This document shows, piece after piece, positions 1 through 9,896 of a stretch of DNA of 56,211 bases; position 1 is the stretch's first letter, and each line of letters starts with the position of its first letter. The notes below the pieces were generated by a model. The model was not told the DNA's origin and did no database searches. It saw only the letters and a program-made list of their open reading frames with translations. The position numbers and the translations under genes were made by a program. The stretch comes from a virus (Duplodnaviria; Caudoviricetes): the IMG/VR virus record IMGVR_UViG_3300030101_003189, positions 1 to 56,211 of that record; one strand, written 5' to 3'.

Positions 1-2949
1 GATAATTATACAGGCGATTTATTAATTAGAAACCAGACAAACGACGGAAATGTTTCTCTTATTTGTGACAATGGTTCTGGAGGTATGGCTGAGTATTTCC
101 GTTTAGATGGTGGGCTAGGTTATAGTGTTGTTAGTAAAACTTTAAATTTTAGTGATAATGTTCCAGCGTCATTTGGAGGTGGCGGTGATTTATCACTAAG
201 ACACAATGGGACTGATTCAGAAATTATAAATTATACAGGCAATTTAATTTTAAGAAACAATGCAGACGACAAAGATATTGTATTTCAGTCTGATGACGGT
301 AGTGGAAGCACAGAAACCTATTTCTTTTTAGATGGATCAGCTTCAAGTGGTAATCCTGTTACAAACTTCCCTGACAACTCAGCTTTAACTTTTGGAAATG
401 ATCGTGATTACTGGATTTATCACGATGGGACTAATTCTAGAATATCAAATTATGTAGGTGATTTGGTTATTAGAAATTATGCTGACGATAAAGATATTGT
501 TTTTGTATCAGACGATGGGTCAGGCGGTATAGCTGAATACTTCCGTTTAGATGGTGGTTTGGGTTACTTATTTGTTAGCAAAACTTTAAATTTTGCTGAC
601 AATGTTCCTGCAACATTTGGCCCATCAGGGGACTTAAATATTAGGCACGATGGAAGTAATTCATTAATAACTAATAACACAGGTAATTTAAATATTACAA
701 ATGCTACTGACGACGGTGATATCATATTTGAATGTGACAACGGCTCTGGTGGTTTAGCTACTTACTTCCGCTTAGATGGTAGCGAATCTCAAACTAGATT
801 TGAGAAACATATAAAATTATCTGATTCTGTTGAACTGCGATTAGGTACTAGTAACGATCTAAAAATTTACCATGATGGTTCTAATAGTTACATTGACGAC
901 ACTGGAACAGGCGATTTATACATAAGAGCCAACAATTTGCGTTTATCAAATGCAGACGGCACTGGTCAAACTATAAATGCCAACAACGGTGGAGCGGTTG
1001 AATTATATCACAACAACTCAAAAAAATTCCAGACATCTTCAACAGGAGCCACAATAACTGGAAATCTTGTCATGGGTGGAGGGCAAGTTAAATTTGCCGA
1101 TAGTGGTAGAGTTAGGCTTGGGGATAGTAACGACTTAGATTTATATCACGATGGTACAGATTCATATATAGAAAATGAGACTGGCACTTTAATTATAAGT
1201 AACAATGTTGATAATGCTGATATTAGGTTGCAAGCCTCTGGCGGATCTGGTTCTGCTTCTGATTATCTAATTTTAGATAGTAGCCAAACTGCTGTACGAC
1301 TAAAAAGAAAAACTAAACTTGATGACAACTTAGATCTTTGTTTTGGAGATGGCGAAGATTTAAAGATTGGTTTTGACGGGACTAACTCCACATTTAGTCA
1401 GACTGATGGTAACATGAGGTTTATTCAGTATACAGACGATAAAGACATTATCTTTATGAGTGATGATGGTTCTGGCGGAGTTACAGCTTACTTAACAATA
1501 GATGGCTCTGGGGGTTATATGTGGGCTTCCAAGAGTATTCTTTTAGCTGACAATATTTCAACATCGTTTGGTAACTCTCAAGATTTATTCATCAAACACA
1601 ACGGCACTGATTCAGTTATTGAAAATAATACTGGAGATCTATACATTACAAATAAAACAGACGATAGAGACATCATTTTCCAATCTGATGACGGTTCTGG
1701 AGGTGTAACTGAATACTTCCGTTTAGATGGAGATTCTGGATACACTAAGGCACATAAAGAAATCCGTATGGATGATGCAACACCACTTCGTATTGGAACA
1801 GGTGGTGATGCTCGTTTCATGCACGATGGTAACAATACCTATCTAGATAATTTCACAGGCGACTTTTATATTCGCCAAGCTACTGACGACAAAGATTTAA
1901 TTTTTCAATGTGATGATAGTAGTGGCGGAATGACGGAGTATTTCCGTTTAGATGGTGCTGACGCAATATCAGTTTTTTCTAGAACTGTCAGACACCTTGA
2001 TACAGTGGTTAGTAGTTTTGGTAATTCAGATGATTTGCGAATATCACACAACGGCACTGATTCAGTTATAGACAATTTTAGTGGAGATCTTTACATATCA
2101 AATAAAGCAGATGATAAAGATATTTATTTTCAATGTGACGATGGTTCTGGCGGTGTAGAAACCTATTTCTATTTAGATGGGTCAATGAACACGGACGGGA
2201 CACCTAAGACAGTGTTCCCTGACAATTCTAAATTGCAGTTTGGATCGGGTGCTGCTGACCTTCGCCTTTATCACAATGGAACAAATAGTTATATCGAAAA
2301 TAATACTGGAGATCTACGCATAACAAATTATGCTGATGATAAAGATATAATTTTCCAATCTGATGATGGTAGTGGTGGAGTAGAAACCTATTTCTTCTTA
2401 GATGGATCATTATCTGGAGGTAACCCATTTACAATATTTCCTGACAATAGTCGGTTAGGTATTGGCACAAGTGCGGATCTACATTTTATCCACGACGGCA
2501 CGGATTCATTAATAAATAACACTGACGGAAATTTATTTATTAGTAATTTTGCTAATGACAAAAGCGTATATTTAAGAACCGACGACGGTAGTGGTGGGAT
2601 TGCAACTTATTTACAATGTCGTGGTGATCGTGAAGTAGTACAACACCACAGAGGTGTTGAGTATAATACAGTTCTTTCAAACAACTCTGATTACACAGTA
2701 GGTTCAGCAAATCATGTTATACTTATGCACGGTATGAGTGCAGGTAGAACTGTTAATATACCAGCAGCCCAATGTAATTCTGGACGAGTTTTAATTGTTA
2801 AAGATAGGGACGGAACTGCTGCTACTCATAATATTACAATAGCGACAGGGGGCTCTGAAACCATCGACGGAGGGGCTACACATACTATATCCACTAATCG
2901 TGGTTCAGTAACCCTTATTTCTGATGGATCTAATTGGTTTATTATTTAA
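1..2949 (+). CDS. Repetitive tail fibre / receptor-binding protein (5'-truncated)
   Basis: Frame 1 is open from base 1 (DNYTGDLLIRNQ...), so the ATG at 85 is internal. About 12 copies of a ~75-aa Gly/Asp/Asn-rich unit (YFRLDG...FG...DL.I.HDGTDS.I.N.TGDL.I...DDKDIIFQSDDGSGG), then a distinct C-terminal beta-rich domain; lies upstream of the lysis genes. Confidence 0.75.
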   Translation, partial: DNYTGDLLIRNQTNDGNVSLICDNGSGGMAEYFRLDGGLGYSVVSKTLNFSDNVPASFGGGGDLSLRHNGTDSEIINYTGNLILRNNADDKDIVFQSDDGSGSTETYFFLDGSASSGNPVTNFPDNSALTFGNDRDYWIYHDGTNSRISNYVGDLVIRNYADDKDIVFVSDDGSGGIAEYFRLDGGLGYLFVSKTLNFADNVPATFGPSGDLNIRHDGSNSLITNNTGNLNITNATDDGDIIFECDNGSGGLATYFRLDGSESQTRFEKHIKLSDSVELRLGTSNDLKIYHDGSNSYIDDTGTGDLYIRANNLRLSNADGTGQTINANNGGAVELYHNNSKKFQTSSTGATITGNLVMGGGQVKFADSGRVRLGDSNDLDLYHDGTDSYIENETGTLIISNNVDNADIRLQASGGSGSASDYLILDSSQTAVRLKRKTKLDDNLDLCFGDGEDLKIGFDGTNSTFSQTDGNMRFIQYTDDKDIIFMSDDGSGGVTAYLTIDGSGGYMWASKSILLADNISTSFGNSQDLFIKHNGTDSVIENNTGDLYITNKTDDRDIIFQSDDGSGGVTEYFRLDGDSGYTKAHKEIRMDDATPLRIGTGGDARFMHDGNNTYLDNFTGDFYIRQATDDKDLIFQCDDSSGGMTEYFRLDGADAISVFSRTVRHLDTVVSSFGNSDDLRISHNGTDSVIDNFSGDLYISNKADDKDIYFQCDDGSGGVETYFYLDGSMNTDGTPKTVFPDNSKLQFGSGAADLRLYHNGTNSYIENNTGDLRITNYADDKDIIFQSDDGSGGVETYFFLDGSLSGGNPFTIFPDNSRLGIGTSADLHFIHDGTDSLINNTDGNLFISNFANDKSVYLRTDDGSGGIATYLQCRGDREVVQHHRGVEYNTVLSNNSDYTVGSANHVILMHGMSAGRTVNIPAAQCNSGRVLIVKDRDGTAATHNITIATGGSETIDGGATHTISTNRGSVTLISDGSNWFII

Positions 2950-2995
2950 ATAAATTACTTGAACAGTCCTTAAATATGCCTATTCTAAACGTATT

Positions 2996-3187
2996 ATGGA
3001 AGAAAAAGTTACATTAGAAATTCCCAAAGGATTTGTACAAGTCATCTATCAAGCACTCGACATTGCTACTAAACAAGTAGGTTTAAATGGCGCAGAAGCT
3101 CTTGTTGTTGTAGCAAAAGAAATTGCTAAACAAAGCGGAGAAGAGCCTCCAAAGCCTGAAGAGGCTAAAGAAGAAGAGTCAGAGTAA
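2996..3187 (+). CDS. Small helical protein, possible tail fibre chaperone
   Basis: 63-aa ORF directly after the fibre gene; function inferred from position only. Confidence 0.45.
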   Translation: MEEKVTLEIPKGFVQVIYQALDIATKQVGLNGAEALVVVAKEIAKQSGEEPPKPEEAKEEESE

Positions 3188-3468
3188 TGCCTGATTTAGA
3201 TCTATCGGAAAAAGACTTCAAGATGCACTGGATGTTTAATCCAGTACAACAACGAAGTGTTGATTTTAAAGGCAACATAACCGAACACACTGACAAAAGA
3301 GTTTGCCAAGACTACGAAGACTACTTAAAGCTTCGGGAAAAAGGTTGGTGGACAATTAGTGATGTGAATGATAGTCACACAGATGTCCCAGAAAAAGAGG
3401 GACTCACTAAGTTTCAAGAGACTATGGAAGTAGAAGAACCTACTGAAGACATAGTTTTACCTGATTAA
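3187..3468 (+). CDS. Hypothetical acidic protein
   Basis: 93 aa, TAATG stop/start coupling with the previous ORF. Confidence 0.6.
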   Translation: MPDLDLSEKDFKMHWMFNPVQQRSVDFKGNITEHTDKRVCQDYEDYLKLREKGWWTISDVNDSHTDVPEKEGLTKFQETMEVEEPTEDIVLPD

Positions 3469-3521
3469 TAGGCTTTTCAGCACCTTGATTGAAGCTACAA
3501 ATATGCTATATTTTTAGCTTC

Positions 3522-3695
3522 ATGAGTAATAGTGAAATAATAGCTAAAGGAGTTACAGGTGTAACTGGATCTATCGTAGCAGTTACAATACCATACGCAG
3601 AGGTTATTCAATGGGGTATTCAAGTGGTCGGAGGACTTTTAGGTATCACTGTAGCTATAATAACTTTATATAATTTAATTAAGAAAAAGAAATGA
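3522..3695 (+). CDS. Small membrane protein, holin/antiholin candidate
   Basis: ATG 3522 preferred to TTG 3489, which overlaps a -35-like box. Two hydrophobic segments and a KKKK tail; within the lysis cassette. Confidence 0.55.
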   Translation: MSNSEIIAKGVTGVTGSIVAVTIPYAEVIQWGIQVVGGLLGITVAIITLYNLIKKKK

Positions 3696-3856
3696 ATAAA
3701 GAATCAATCTTAGGAATCATTCGTCATATCCTTACTTTCGGTGGGGGATTCATGACTCAGAATGGGTTAGCTTCTGGTGAGGAAGTTACTACTGGTGTGT
3801 CTGCTGCGGTTACTTTAGTAGGCGTTATTTGGTCAATTTTATCTAAAAAGAAGTAA
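3692..3856 (+). CDS. Putative holin (Pam3 gp28-like), not in the ORF track
   Basis: Manual translation MNKESILGIIRHILTFGGGFMTQNGLASGEEVTTGVSAAVTLVGVIWSILSKKK (54 aa). IRHxLTxxGG N-terminus, WS plus basic tail, ATGA overlap with the upstream gene. Confidence 0.7.
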   Translation: MNKESILGIIRHILTFGGGFMTQNGLASGEEVTTGVSAAVTLVGVIWSILSKKK

Positions 3857-3857
3857 A

Positions 3858-3977
3858 ATGCCTTTTAGTAAATACTCAAAAAAGCAAAAAAAGTTAGCTT
3901 CTATAGAAGAACCAAGAAATAAAATAACCAAAGCTGACTTTATAAAACTCAATTCAAAAAATAAAAATAAAAAGTGA
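3858..3977 (+). CDS. Small basic protein, not in the ORF track
   Basis: Manual translation MPFSKYSKKQKKLASIEEPRNKITKADFIKLNSKNKNKK (39 aa); fills the gap and its stop overlaps the next start (GTGA). Confidence 0.6.
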   Translation: MPFSKYSKKQKKLASIEEPRNKITKADFIKLNSKNKNKK

Positions 3978-4168
3978 GGCATTTTTTCCGTATAATTGTG
4001 TTAGCGTTAGAAGCTTATGTGAATTATACTAGGTCTAAACAACGGAAATACGTATATGACCTTGAAGATGAAGTTGATCGCCTTGCTGCTGACGGTAGCC
4101 CTGCTTCCAAATTGCGCCTTGAACGACTTAGTGGGCGACTCCAGATTGAACGAAAGCGCAATATATGA
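3974..4168 (+). CDS. Putative inner-membrane spanin (Rz-like)
   Basis: Short hydrophobic N-terminus followed by a charged helical region; overlapped in +1 frame by a lipoprotein gene, next to the endolysin. Confidence 0.5.
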   Translation: MRHFFRIIVLALEAYVNYTRSKQRKYVYDLEDEVDRLAADGSPASKLRLERLSGRLQIERKRNI

Positions 4169-4325
4169 CCCTCCTACAATCAGCCTTATAAAAGGCTACG
4201 ATTATCCTTTTGTAGAGGGTAATCTCATGGGTCGTGGTCAGAAGTTCCATAGTGATTTTTCGTACAGACGTGCTATAATAATAGGTAATGATAGCAATCT
4301 GCGTGGGACACAGCCGACCAAATGA
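4068..4325 (+). CDS. Putative outer-membrane spanin lipoprotein (Rz1-like)
   Basis: MKLIALLLTVALLPN-C signal peptide with lipobox-like Cys; starts inside the previous ORF (alternative ATG at 4056). Confidence 0.55.
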   Translation: MKLIALLLTVALLPNCALNDLVGDSRLNESAIYDPPTISLIKGYDYPFVEGNLMGRGQKFHSDFSYRRAIIIGNDSNLRGTQPTK

Positions 4326-4842
4326 CTCAGGTGCAGCATCTGTAACTGGAGTCACTGAATGGGATTACAATTCGGAGCTTGCCGAGATGATTGGCAAGGA
4401 ACTAAAACAACCATATAAGGTTTACCACACCTATAAAGGTGGGAGTTATGTCACTGCTATGCGGTGGTTAGCTAGGAAGCTAGATGAAGATCGTGTAGAC
4501 ACAGCCGTTGAATTACACTTCAACGCAGCAACACCCAAAGCAACAGGCCATGAATGGTTACACTGGCATACCTCTGAGAAAGGAAGATTACTTGCACGTA
4601 CACTAAGGGATTCTTTTGAAGACTCTTTCCCTCTATTTAGAAGTAGGGGAATTAAGCCACGTAAAAAAGGAAGTAGAGGAGCTTACTTCCTACGTGCGAC
4701 CTCAATGCCAGCCTGTATCGCAGAACCCTTTTTTGGGACTAATGAAGAAGATTGGGATTTAGCTGTAAATAGTAAACAAGGAATGGCCTCTGCTATCGCT
4801 GGCGGTATTACACTTTACTCGGAGCTTGTGGAAAGGTGGTAA
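4288..4842 (+). CDS. Endolysin, N-acetylmuramoyl-L-alanine amidase (Amidase_3)
   Basis: Zn-ligand pattern VGH...GA...E...ELHFNA and catalytic IAEPFF, typical of Amidase_3. Confidence 0.9.
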   Translation: MIAICVGHSRPNDSGAASVTGVTEWDYNSELAEMIGKELKQPYKVYHTYKGGSYVTAMRWLARKLDEDRVDTAVELHFNAATPKATGHEWLHWHTSEKGRLLARTLRDSFEDSFPLFRSRGIKPRKKGSRGAYFLRATSMPACIAEPFFGTNEEDWDLAVNSKQGMASAIAGGITLYSELVERW

Positions 4843-5146
4843 GGTGGTACTCCCAAAGACAGTTTCTATTGCTGGCAGACGAGTAAAGATTGCCTTAGTT
4901 CCCTTTAATGGGGATAGCCCTGACTACGGATTATATCTACACGACAAGAAAACTATTGAGATAAATAATACTCTCAAAGGTAAAGCCCTTATACACACTA
5001 TAAGGCATGAAATGATGGAGGCTAGTTTATTACTGAGTGGTGTAGGGTGGTTAGAGAACTACGATCAAGAGGCTATTGTCCGTTGCATGGAGGAGATATT
5101 CTTCCCTGCATGGGAATCGTTCCTCAAACGAATAACCCAAGATTAG
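4826..5146 (+). CDS. Zincin-like small phage protein
   Basis: YGLY...IEIN...TIRHEMME...DQEAIV pattern resembles minimal metallopeptidases, but the motif is HExxE rather than HExxH. Start may be a few codons downstream. Confidence 0.5.
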   Translation: MWKGGKVVLPKTVSIAGRRVKIALVPFNGDSPDYGLYLHDKKTIEINNTLKGKALIHTIRHEMMEASLLLSGVGWLENYDQEAIVRCMEEIFFPAWESFLKRITQD

Positions 5147-5147
5147 T

Positions 5148-5678
5148 TTGGCTAGAAATAAAAAACGATTCAAGGTCGATGACAACTTTGTTGTTTACCG
5201 ACCCACGAGCGAGGACTTAGTTATTGCTCACAAACGTTCTTGTAAATTGGGAGTGCTACCTAACTCATTTACTCAGGGTTTAGGGCGCATGGCAGGATAC
5301 TTAGGAGAGATAGCAGTACAAAACTATTTGAAGAGGAGTAAGTATGTAGGTGACTCCGTGTATACACATGATATTGAGTACAAGAAAAGAAAGATAGAAG
5401 TTAAATCAAAGTCTTGTGCTACTCCTCCAAAATCTCATTACTCTGCTTCTGTTAATTGTAAAAAGCAGTTCATGCCCGACAACGACGTTTATTTTTTCAC
5501 CAGAGTCCGTAAGGATTTCATGGTTGTTTGGATTGTAGGTTGGTTACCTACTACAAAACTATTGAAGGAAGCTGAGTATAAACAAAGAGGAGATAAAGAT
5601 ACTGATGGCTTTGTGTACAAAACCTCTGGTCTACATATTGATATAGGTGATCTAAAGTCACCTACGTTATTTCAATAA
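5148..5678 (+). CDS. PD-(D/E)XK restriction-endonuclease-like protein
   Basis: GxLGE...HDI...IEVKSK motif. Confidence 0.6.
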   Translation: MARNKKRFKVDDNFVVYRPTSEDLVIAHKRSCKLGVLPNSFTQGLGRMAGYLGEIAVQNYLKRSKYVGDSVYTHDIEYKKRKIEVKSKSCATPPKSHYSASVNCKKQFMPDNDVYFFTRVRKDFMVVWIVGWLPTTKLLKEAEYKQRGDKDTDGFVYKTSGLHIDIGDLKSPTLFQ

Positions 5679-5938
5679 GTTTCTTCAGGTGTAGATATAA
5701 AGATAGGATACCCTTCACCTCTTGAACCTGCTACATTAACCCAAAAATATTCTTCGGCTTCATCAGGTTTCATTTCTTTAGATAAGATTTGTATGCATCT
5801 TTCTATGGAATAGACAGCTCGTGTAGGATCTTCATCTAAAGCAACTCCGATAAAAGCATCATCTAAATCATCAGGAACTATAACATCTTCACTAGGGACT
5901 ACTGTTTCACAAAAGTCGTTTATTTCCTCTCTAGTCAT
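5672..5938 (-). CDS. Conserved hypothetical phage protein
   Basis: DDLDDAFIG...AVYS...EAEEYF...P motif; paralogous to 14608..14880. Confidence 0.7.
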   Translation of the reverse strand: MTREEINDFCETVVPSEDVIVPDDLDDAFIGVALDEDPTRAVYSIERCIQILSKEMKPDEAEEYFWVNVAGSRGEGYPIFISTPEETY

Positions 5939-8117
5939 GAGAGATACTTATATCCCATTTAGGGTCTAAATCAATACATAAAAATTTCATATTATTTTTG
6001 TATGTAGAGGTTACAGACCTAAGATTATCGTCACTTATACAAGCTTCTTCCAGAGACTGTATACTACGCCTCAACCACTCAGTATTAGCGACCATGCTGT
6101 TCAAAGGTTTATTATTATTGTATTCTAATATATCGTGAACAAAATCTGTAAGGTTACCTCTCCAATATGGCTTATCATGTCCATATTCTTTTAGTTTTTT
6201 TACAAAAAACTCAATAGTCTCTATTAGTAACGATCTAGTAGAATTAGCAAAAGCTGCTGCATCAATTTCTGGGTCGATGTATGATTTTACACCAAACCTT
6301 GAATCTCCTTTAATGGATTTAGGTACTTCAAAATCTTCTAGCCATTTACCAAAGTAAGGCAGTTCTTCTTTTATAGTCTTTTCGATTATAGAATTACTTG
6401 CTGTATCTATCCCTAACAAAGAAGCAAAATCACTAGTAGCTGCATCAGAAATACGCAAAGCTAATATTTTATCTCTGTTACTAGAATCTAATGCGGGAAT
6501 TACTGACAGACTATTTGGGTCCATGTTAAGTGACATAATCACCCGTCCCGCCCAACTTATAGTAATGGTATCCTCAAACTTCGCTTGGTACTCAATGCGT
6601 GGGTTAGCTGTAGATTTTTTAATAAGCTCCGTCGCTCTACGTTGTTCTGCAAAAGAAGCTGCTGAAGTTGTATCATCTATAACCCAAGCAGCTACTCTAC
6701 CTAATTCTTTGTTGAATTTACTATCACCACTTAGATAGTCTGACGCATCAGCAAACCCTCCTAATAAACCGCCTATAAGTTTATTAGATAGCAAAGATTT
6801 ACCTTTATTAGTTGGGCCTACTAATAATAAAGCATGCCCCTGTTTCATCTCTTTATAAAGAACAGCAGAGTAGATACGTTGCAGCCATGCATAGAAGTGT
6901 AGTAAAGATGTCTCATCTTTGAAAAATTGACTTAACCATTTATCTATAAAAGGCCAGTGTTTCTTATCACCTTCCCCCGCAGGTTGTACTGCTTTTAAGG
7001 TACTAGTATTAAGTATTTTATTTGCTCCTGATTCTACTACTAAACGAGAATCAAATATAACAGGAGCTATTTCAGTTATACGACACTGTTGCTGTATTAA
7101 CAAAATACTACTTTCTAATTCACTAAGACGTTCTCTCGGTCTTTTTACAGGGTTATATCCTGCTTGGCGTAGTTCTAATTTTAATTGATCTTTATCAATC
7201 ATAACAGGAACGTCATTGACCAAACCGTAAAAAGCTTTTCCTGAGAACCAATATTGTTTTAATAAGTTATCTAATTTTCTGTTTTCGTATTTTTCAACAA
7301 AGGCTTGCCCGAAAATTTCTTTCCACGACAAAAAAGATTTAGGTGCTCTATCAGAATAACAAATCATACCATCTTCAACCACCATACACCCTTCTGTTTC
7401 CCTACCATCATCTATCCAATACAACGGACCCCTTGAACCTACTTCAAAAGTTGAAGTCCACCTATTTTTATACTTAGGGTTTGATCTAACCTCTTCCTCA
7501 ATAACCTCTAAAGGTATGCTTAATGCAGAAGGAGCCTGTGGAGGGTTTTCAAGAGAGGTCTTTAAAAGGAGGTTAGTATATAAAGCTTTTGGTATCTTCT
7601 TTCCTGTATATTCTAGAATATCTCCTAAGTAATAATATTGAGTAGCTCTTGTGCAAGAATCATCAAATCCTGCTAGTAGTCTTTTTAACTTAAACCTAGC
7701 CACTAATTTCTTTATATAAGCACTGTATAGTTGAGCATCAATTAAAAGCTGTTCTTCAAACTCAAATACTAGTCGAACACCTCCTGATGGTGTTCTCGTA
7801 ATCAGTGTAGGTTTATTTGCACCACATTTAGCTAGTATTTGTTTTACCGTAGTTTTCCAACAATCTATTTTAATATTATCGTATTCAACTACGAAACCAT
7901 ACATAGCTGTTACTTTATTATCACCAGTGATCCTCAAAGAAGCTATAGTGCCTTCAGCTAACGAGTAATAAGCATAATCAGTTTCTGGGTGATTACTCCA
8001 CAAGCTTCTTAGTTTTTTATCGTCAAATTTTTTAGGAGTTACTTTTAGGTCTTTAAGAGAGTTGCATGTGTAGACTTTTGAGCTAGTTAGGTTTTTTAAG
8101 TATTTGTATTTATGCAT
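5931..8117 (-). CDS. Primase-helicase (AEP-like N-terminus plus SF3 / DUF5906-like helicase)
   Basis: Walker A GPTNKGKS, Walker B WVIDD, motif C IMSLN; N-terminal VVEYD and TPSGG primase-like motifs. Confidence 0.8.
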   Translation of the reverse strand: MHKYKYLKNLTSSKVYTCNSLKDLKVTPKKFDDKKLRSLWSNHPETDYAYYSLAEGTIASLRITGDNKVTAMYGFVVEYDNIKIDCWKTTVKQILAKCGANKPTLITRTPSGGVRLVFEFEEQLLIDAQLYSAYIKKLVARFKLKRLLAGFDDSCTRATQYYYLGDILEYTGKKIPKALYTNLLLKTSLENPPQAPSALSIPLEVIEEEVRSNPKYKNRWTSTFEVGSRGPLYWIDDGRETEGCMVVEDGMICYSDRAPKSFLSWKEIFGQAFVEKYENRKLDNLLKQYWFSGKAFYGLVNDVPVMIDKDQLKLELRQAGYNPVKRPRERLSELESSILLIQQQCRITEIAPVIFDSRLVVESGANKILNTSTLKAVQPAGEGDKKHWPFIDKWLSQFFKDETSLLHFYAWLQRIYSAVLYKEMKQGHALLLVGPTNKGKSLLSNKLIGGLLGGFADASDYLSGDSKFNKELGRVAAWVIDDTTSAASFAEQRRATELIKKSTANPRIEYQAKFEDTITISWAGRVIMSLNMDPNSLSVIPALDSSNRDKILALRISDAATSDFASLLGIDTASNSIIEKTIKEELPYFGKWLEDFEVPKSIKGDSRFGVKSYIDPEIDAAAFANSTRSLLIETIEFFVKKLKEYGHDKPYWRGNLTDFVHDILEYNNNKPLNSMVANTEWLRRSIQSLEEACISDDNLRSVTSTYKNNMKFLCIDLDPKWDISISHD

Positions 8118-9881
8118 TTATTTTTCGTATCTATCCAAAATTTTACCTTCCGCATCTAGGGGGATGTCAGGTAACCACTTTGGTGGGGTTCTCATTTCCT
8201 TTATTACAAAATCCAAAGCTTCCTTTGCATCGTCTTCTTTCACTTCTATGACAACTTCGTCATGTACGTGAAAAATTATTCGCATCCCTCTATTTTCGAG
8301 GCGGGTGAGTATATCAGAAAATACATCTCGTGCAAGTGCTTGTGAGGCATTTTCTGTTAAAAGACCTCCATATAATTTTACAGGTACTTTTTTAGCTCCT
8401 TTAGTTATTAGAGCTATGTAGTTTCTACGCCCGTACTGCATCGCAGTTTGTATTGTACCGTAGTTTAAAGTGCGCCCTGACGGTAGTTCTATAATAAAAT
8501 CATTACCTAATGAATAAGCTACGTGCAACTTCCTTTGTAAGTTGTTCCAAAGACCCACAACTCGTCTCATTGTTGTCCTATATAACTTTACAGCCTTGAC
8601 AGCTTCTTTTTCATCCATTCCCGATATCAAAGCAAATTTTTTAGCTGATACACCATAACCACAACCAAGAACCATTGTCTTAACCATGTGACGAAGGCTA
8701 GGGGCTTTATCTTTTAAAACTCCATTTGATTTATCCCATTTGTTAAAAAGTATAGCAAAAGCTTCATAAATATCATCACTATCTCTGATTGCATTCAAAG
8801 ATTTTTGATCTTCGGCCAACCAACATAAAGTTCGGACTTCGATTTGTGACAAGTCTACTACGACTAACTTATTGCCTTTCTTTGGTGATATTAGACTCCG
8901 CAAATTAACACCAAACATTTCACCTCTAGGTAAGTTTTGTAAATTCAAGTTACCTCCACTACCACTAAATCTACCTGTATGCGCTCCGTGATAGAGTATA
9001 CCTCCGTAGTATCTTTGATCTTCCATAGTGGCGTGTTCAAACGCCTCTAGCTTTCTTTTAAGAGAGTTTATCCTTCGGTATTCACGTATAGCAGAAATCC
9101 ATTTGTACTTTCCTCCGTGCTTTTTAATCCATGCGTTAGCTTCTTCATCAGTCATAGCTAAACTAGCTGGAGGTTCTAAACCTACTTTTTTACACTCTTC
9201 ATTGAAAGCTAATCTTGATAGTACAGGTTTTTCATCTATCCAAGGTATACTATTTTCAGCTTCAAAAAGATTTTGATTAATAGTTATTAAAGATTCTTTC
9301 AATAAATCTGTATCTATGGGAACACCTCTTTGTACACATTTTCTATTAGCTAAACTTATATCCTGCTCTTGTTGAGGCCATTTATCTCCTAAATCTTTCC
9401 ATAAGCGTAGACATAGTTCAGAGTCTTTTAGTGCATATTCATCTACTTCTTTTTTAAATTCTTCTGTCATAGACTCCCACCGTTTCCCTGACATATTATC
9501 CCTTGTTGATTTGTCTACTTCGAGATTATACAAAGTTGTAGTAGCCCCTTTTAAAGATCTTGGTAAACCTGAATACGCAGCTAAGTCTGCTGTACAAATC
9601 CATTCAGCGTACTCGTATTTGCTCCACCAGCCTTGAGCCACTCCATATAAATATAAAGTCTCATCAAATTGAGCGTTGTGCGCTAATACTCTATTATTTT
9701 CTATAACGCTCCAATCAAATTCTTCTTTAGGACACCCAACGAAATTTGTCCCTTCATCTCCTACAGCACTAACTCTATATGCGTCAAAATCGCAATGGCT
9801 AAAATAACCTAAGAGTCCTAATTTTTTTATAGAGCAGTGCTTGTCGTAATACGTTTCAAAGTCTATTGCTATTGTATCCAT
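8118..9881 (-). CDS. polA: DNA polymerase family A with 3'-5' exonuclease
   Basis: ExoI DFET, ExoII HNAQFD, ExoII/III YALKD; TGRFS, NLQN, motif A DLSQIEVR, motif B RHMVKTMVLGCGYG, motif C VHDE. Confidence 0.95.
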   Translation of the reverse strand: MDTIAIDFETYYDKHCSIKKLGLLGYFSHCDFDAYRVSAVGDEGTNFVGCPKEEFDWSVIENNRVLAHNAQFDETLYLYGVAQGWWSKYEYAEWICTADLAAYSGLPRSLKGATTTLYNLEVDKSTRDNMSGKRWESMTEEFKKEVDEYALKDSELCLRLWKDLGDKWPQQEQDISLANRKCVQRGVPIDTDLLKESLITINQNLFEAENSIPWIDEKPVLSRLAFNEECKKVGLEPPASLAMTDEEANAWIKKHGGKYKWISAIREYRRINSLKRKLEAFEHATMEDQRYYGGILYHGAHTGRFSGSGGNLNLQNLPRGEMFGVNLRSLISPKKGNKLVVVDLSQIEVRTLCWLAEDQKSLNAIRDSDDIYEAFAILFNKWDKSNGVLKDKAPSLRHMVKTMVLGCGYGVSAKKFALISGMDEKEAVKAVKLYRTTMRRVVGLWNNLQRKLHVAYSLGNDFIIELPSGRTLNYGTIQTAMQYGRRNYIALITKGAKKVPVKLYGGLLTENASQALARDVFSDILTRLENRGMRIIFHVHDEVVIEVKEDDAKEALDFVIKEMRTPPKWLPDIPLDAEGKILDRYEK

Positions 9882-9896
9882 ATTTTAGGAAGAGTT

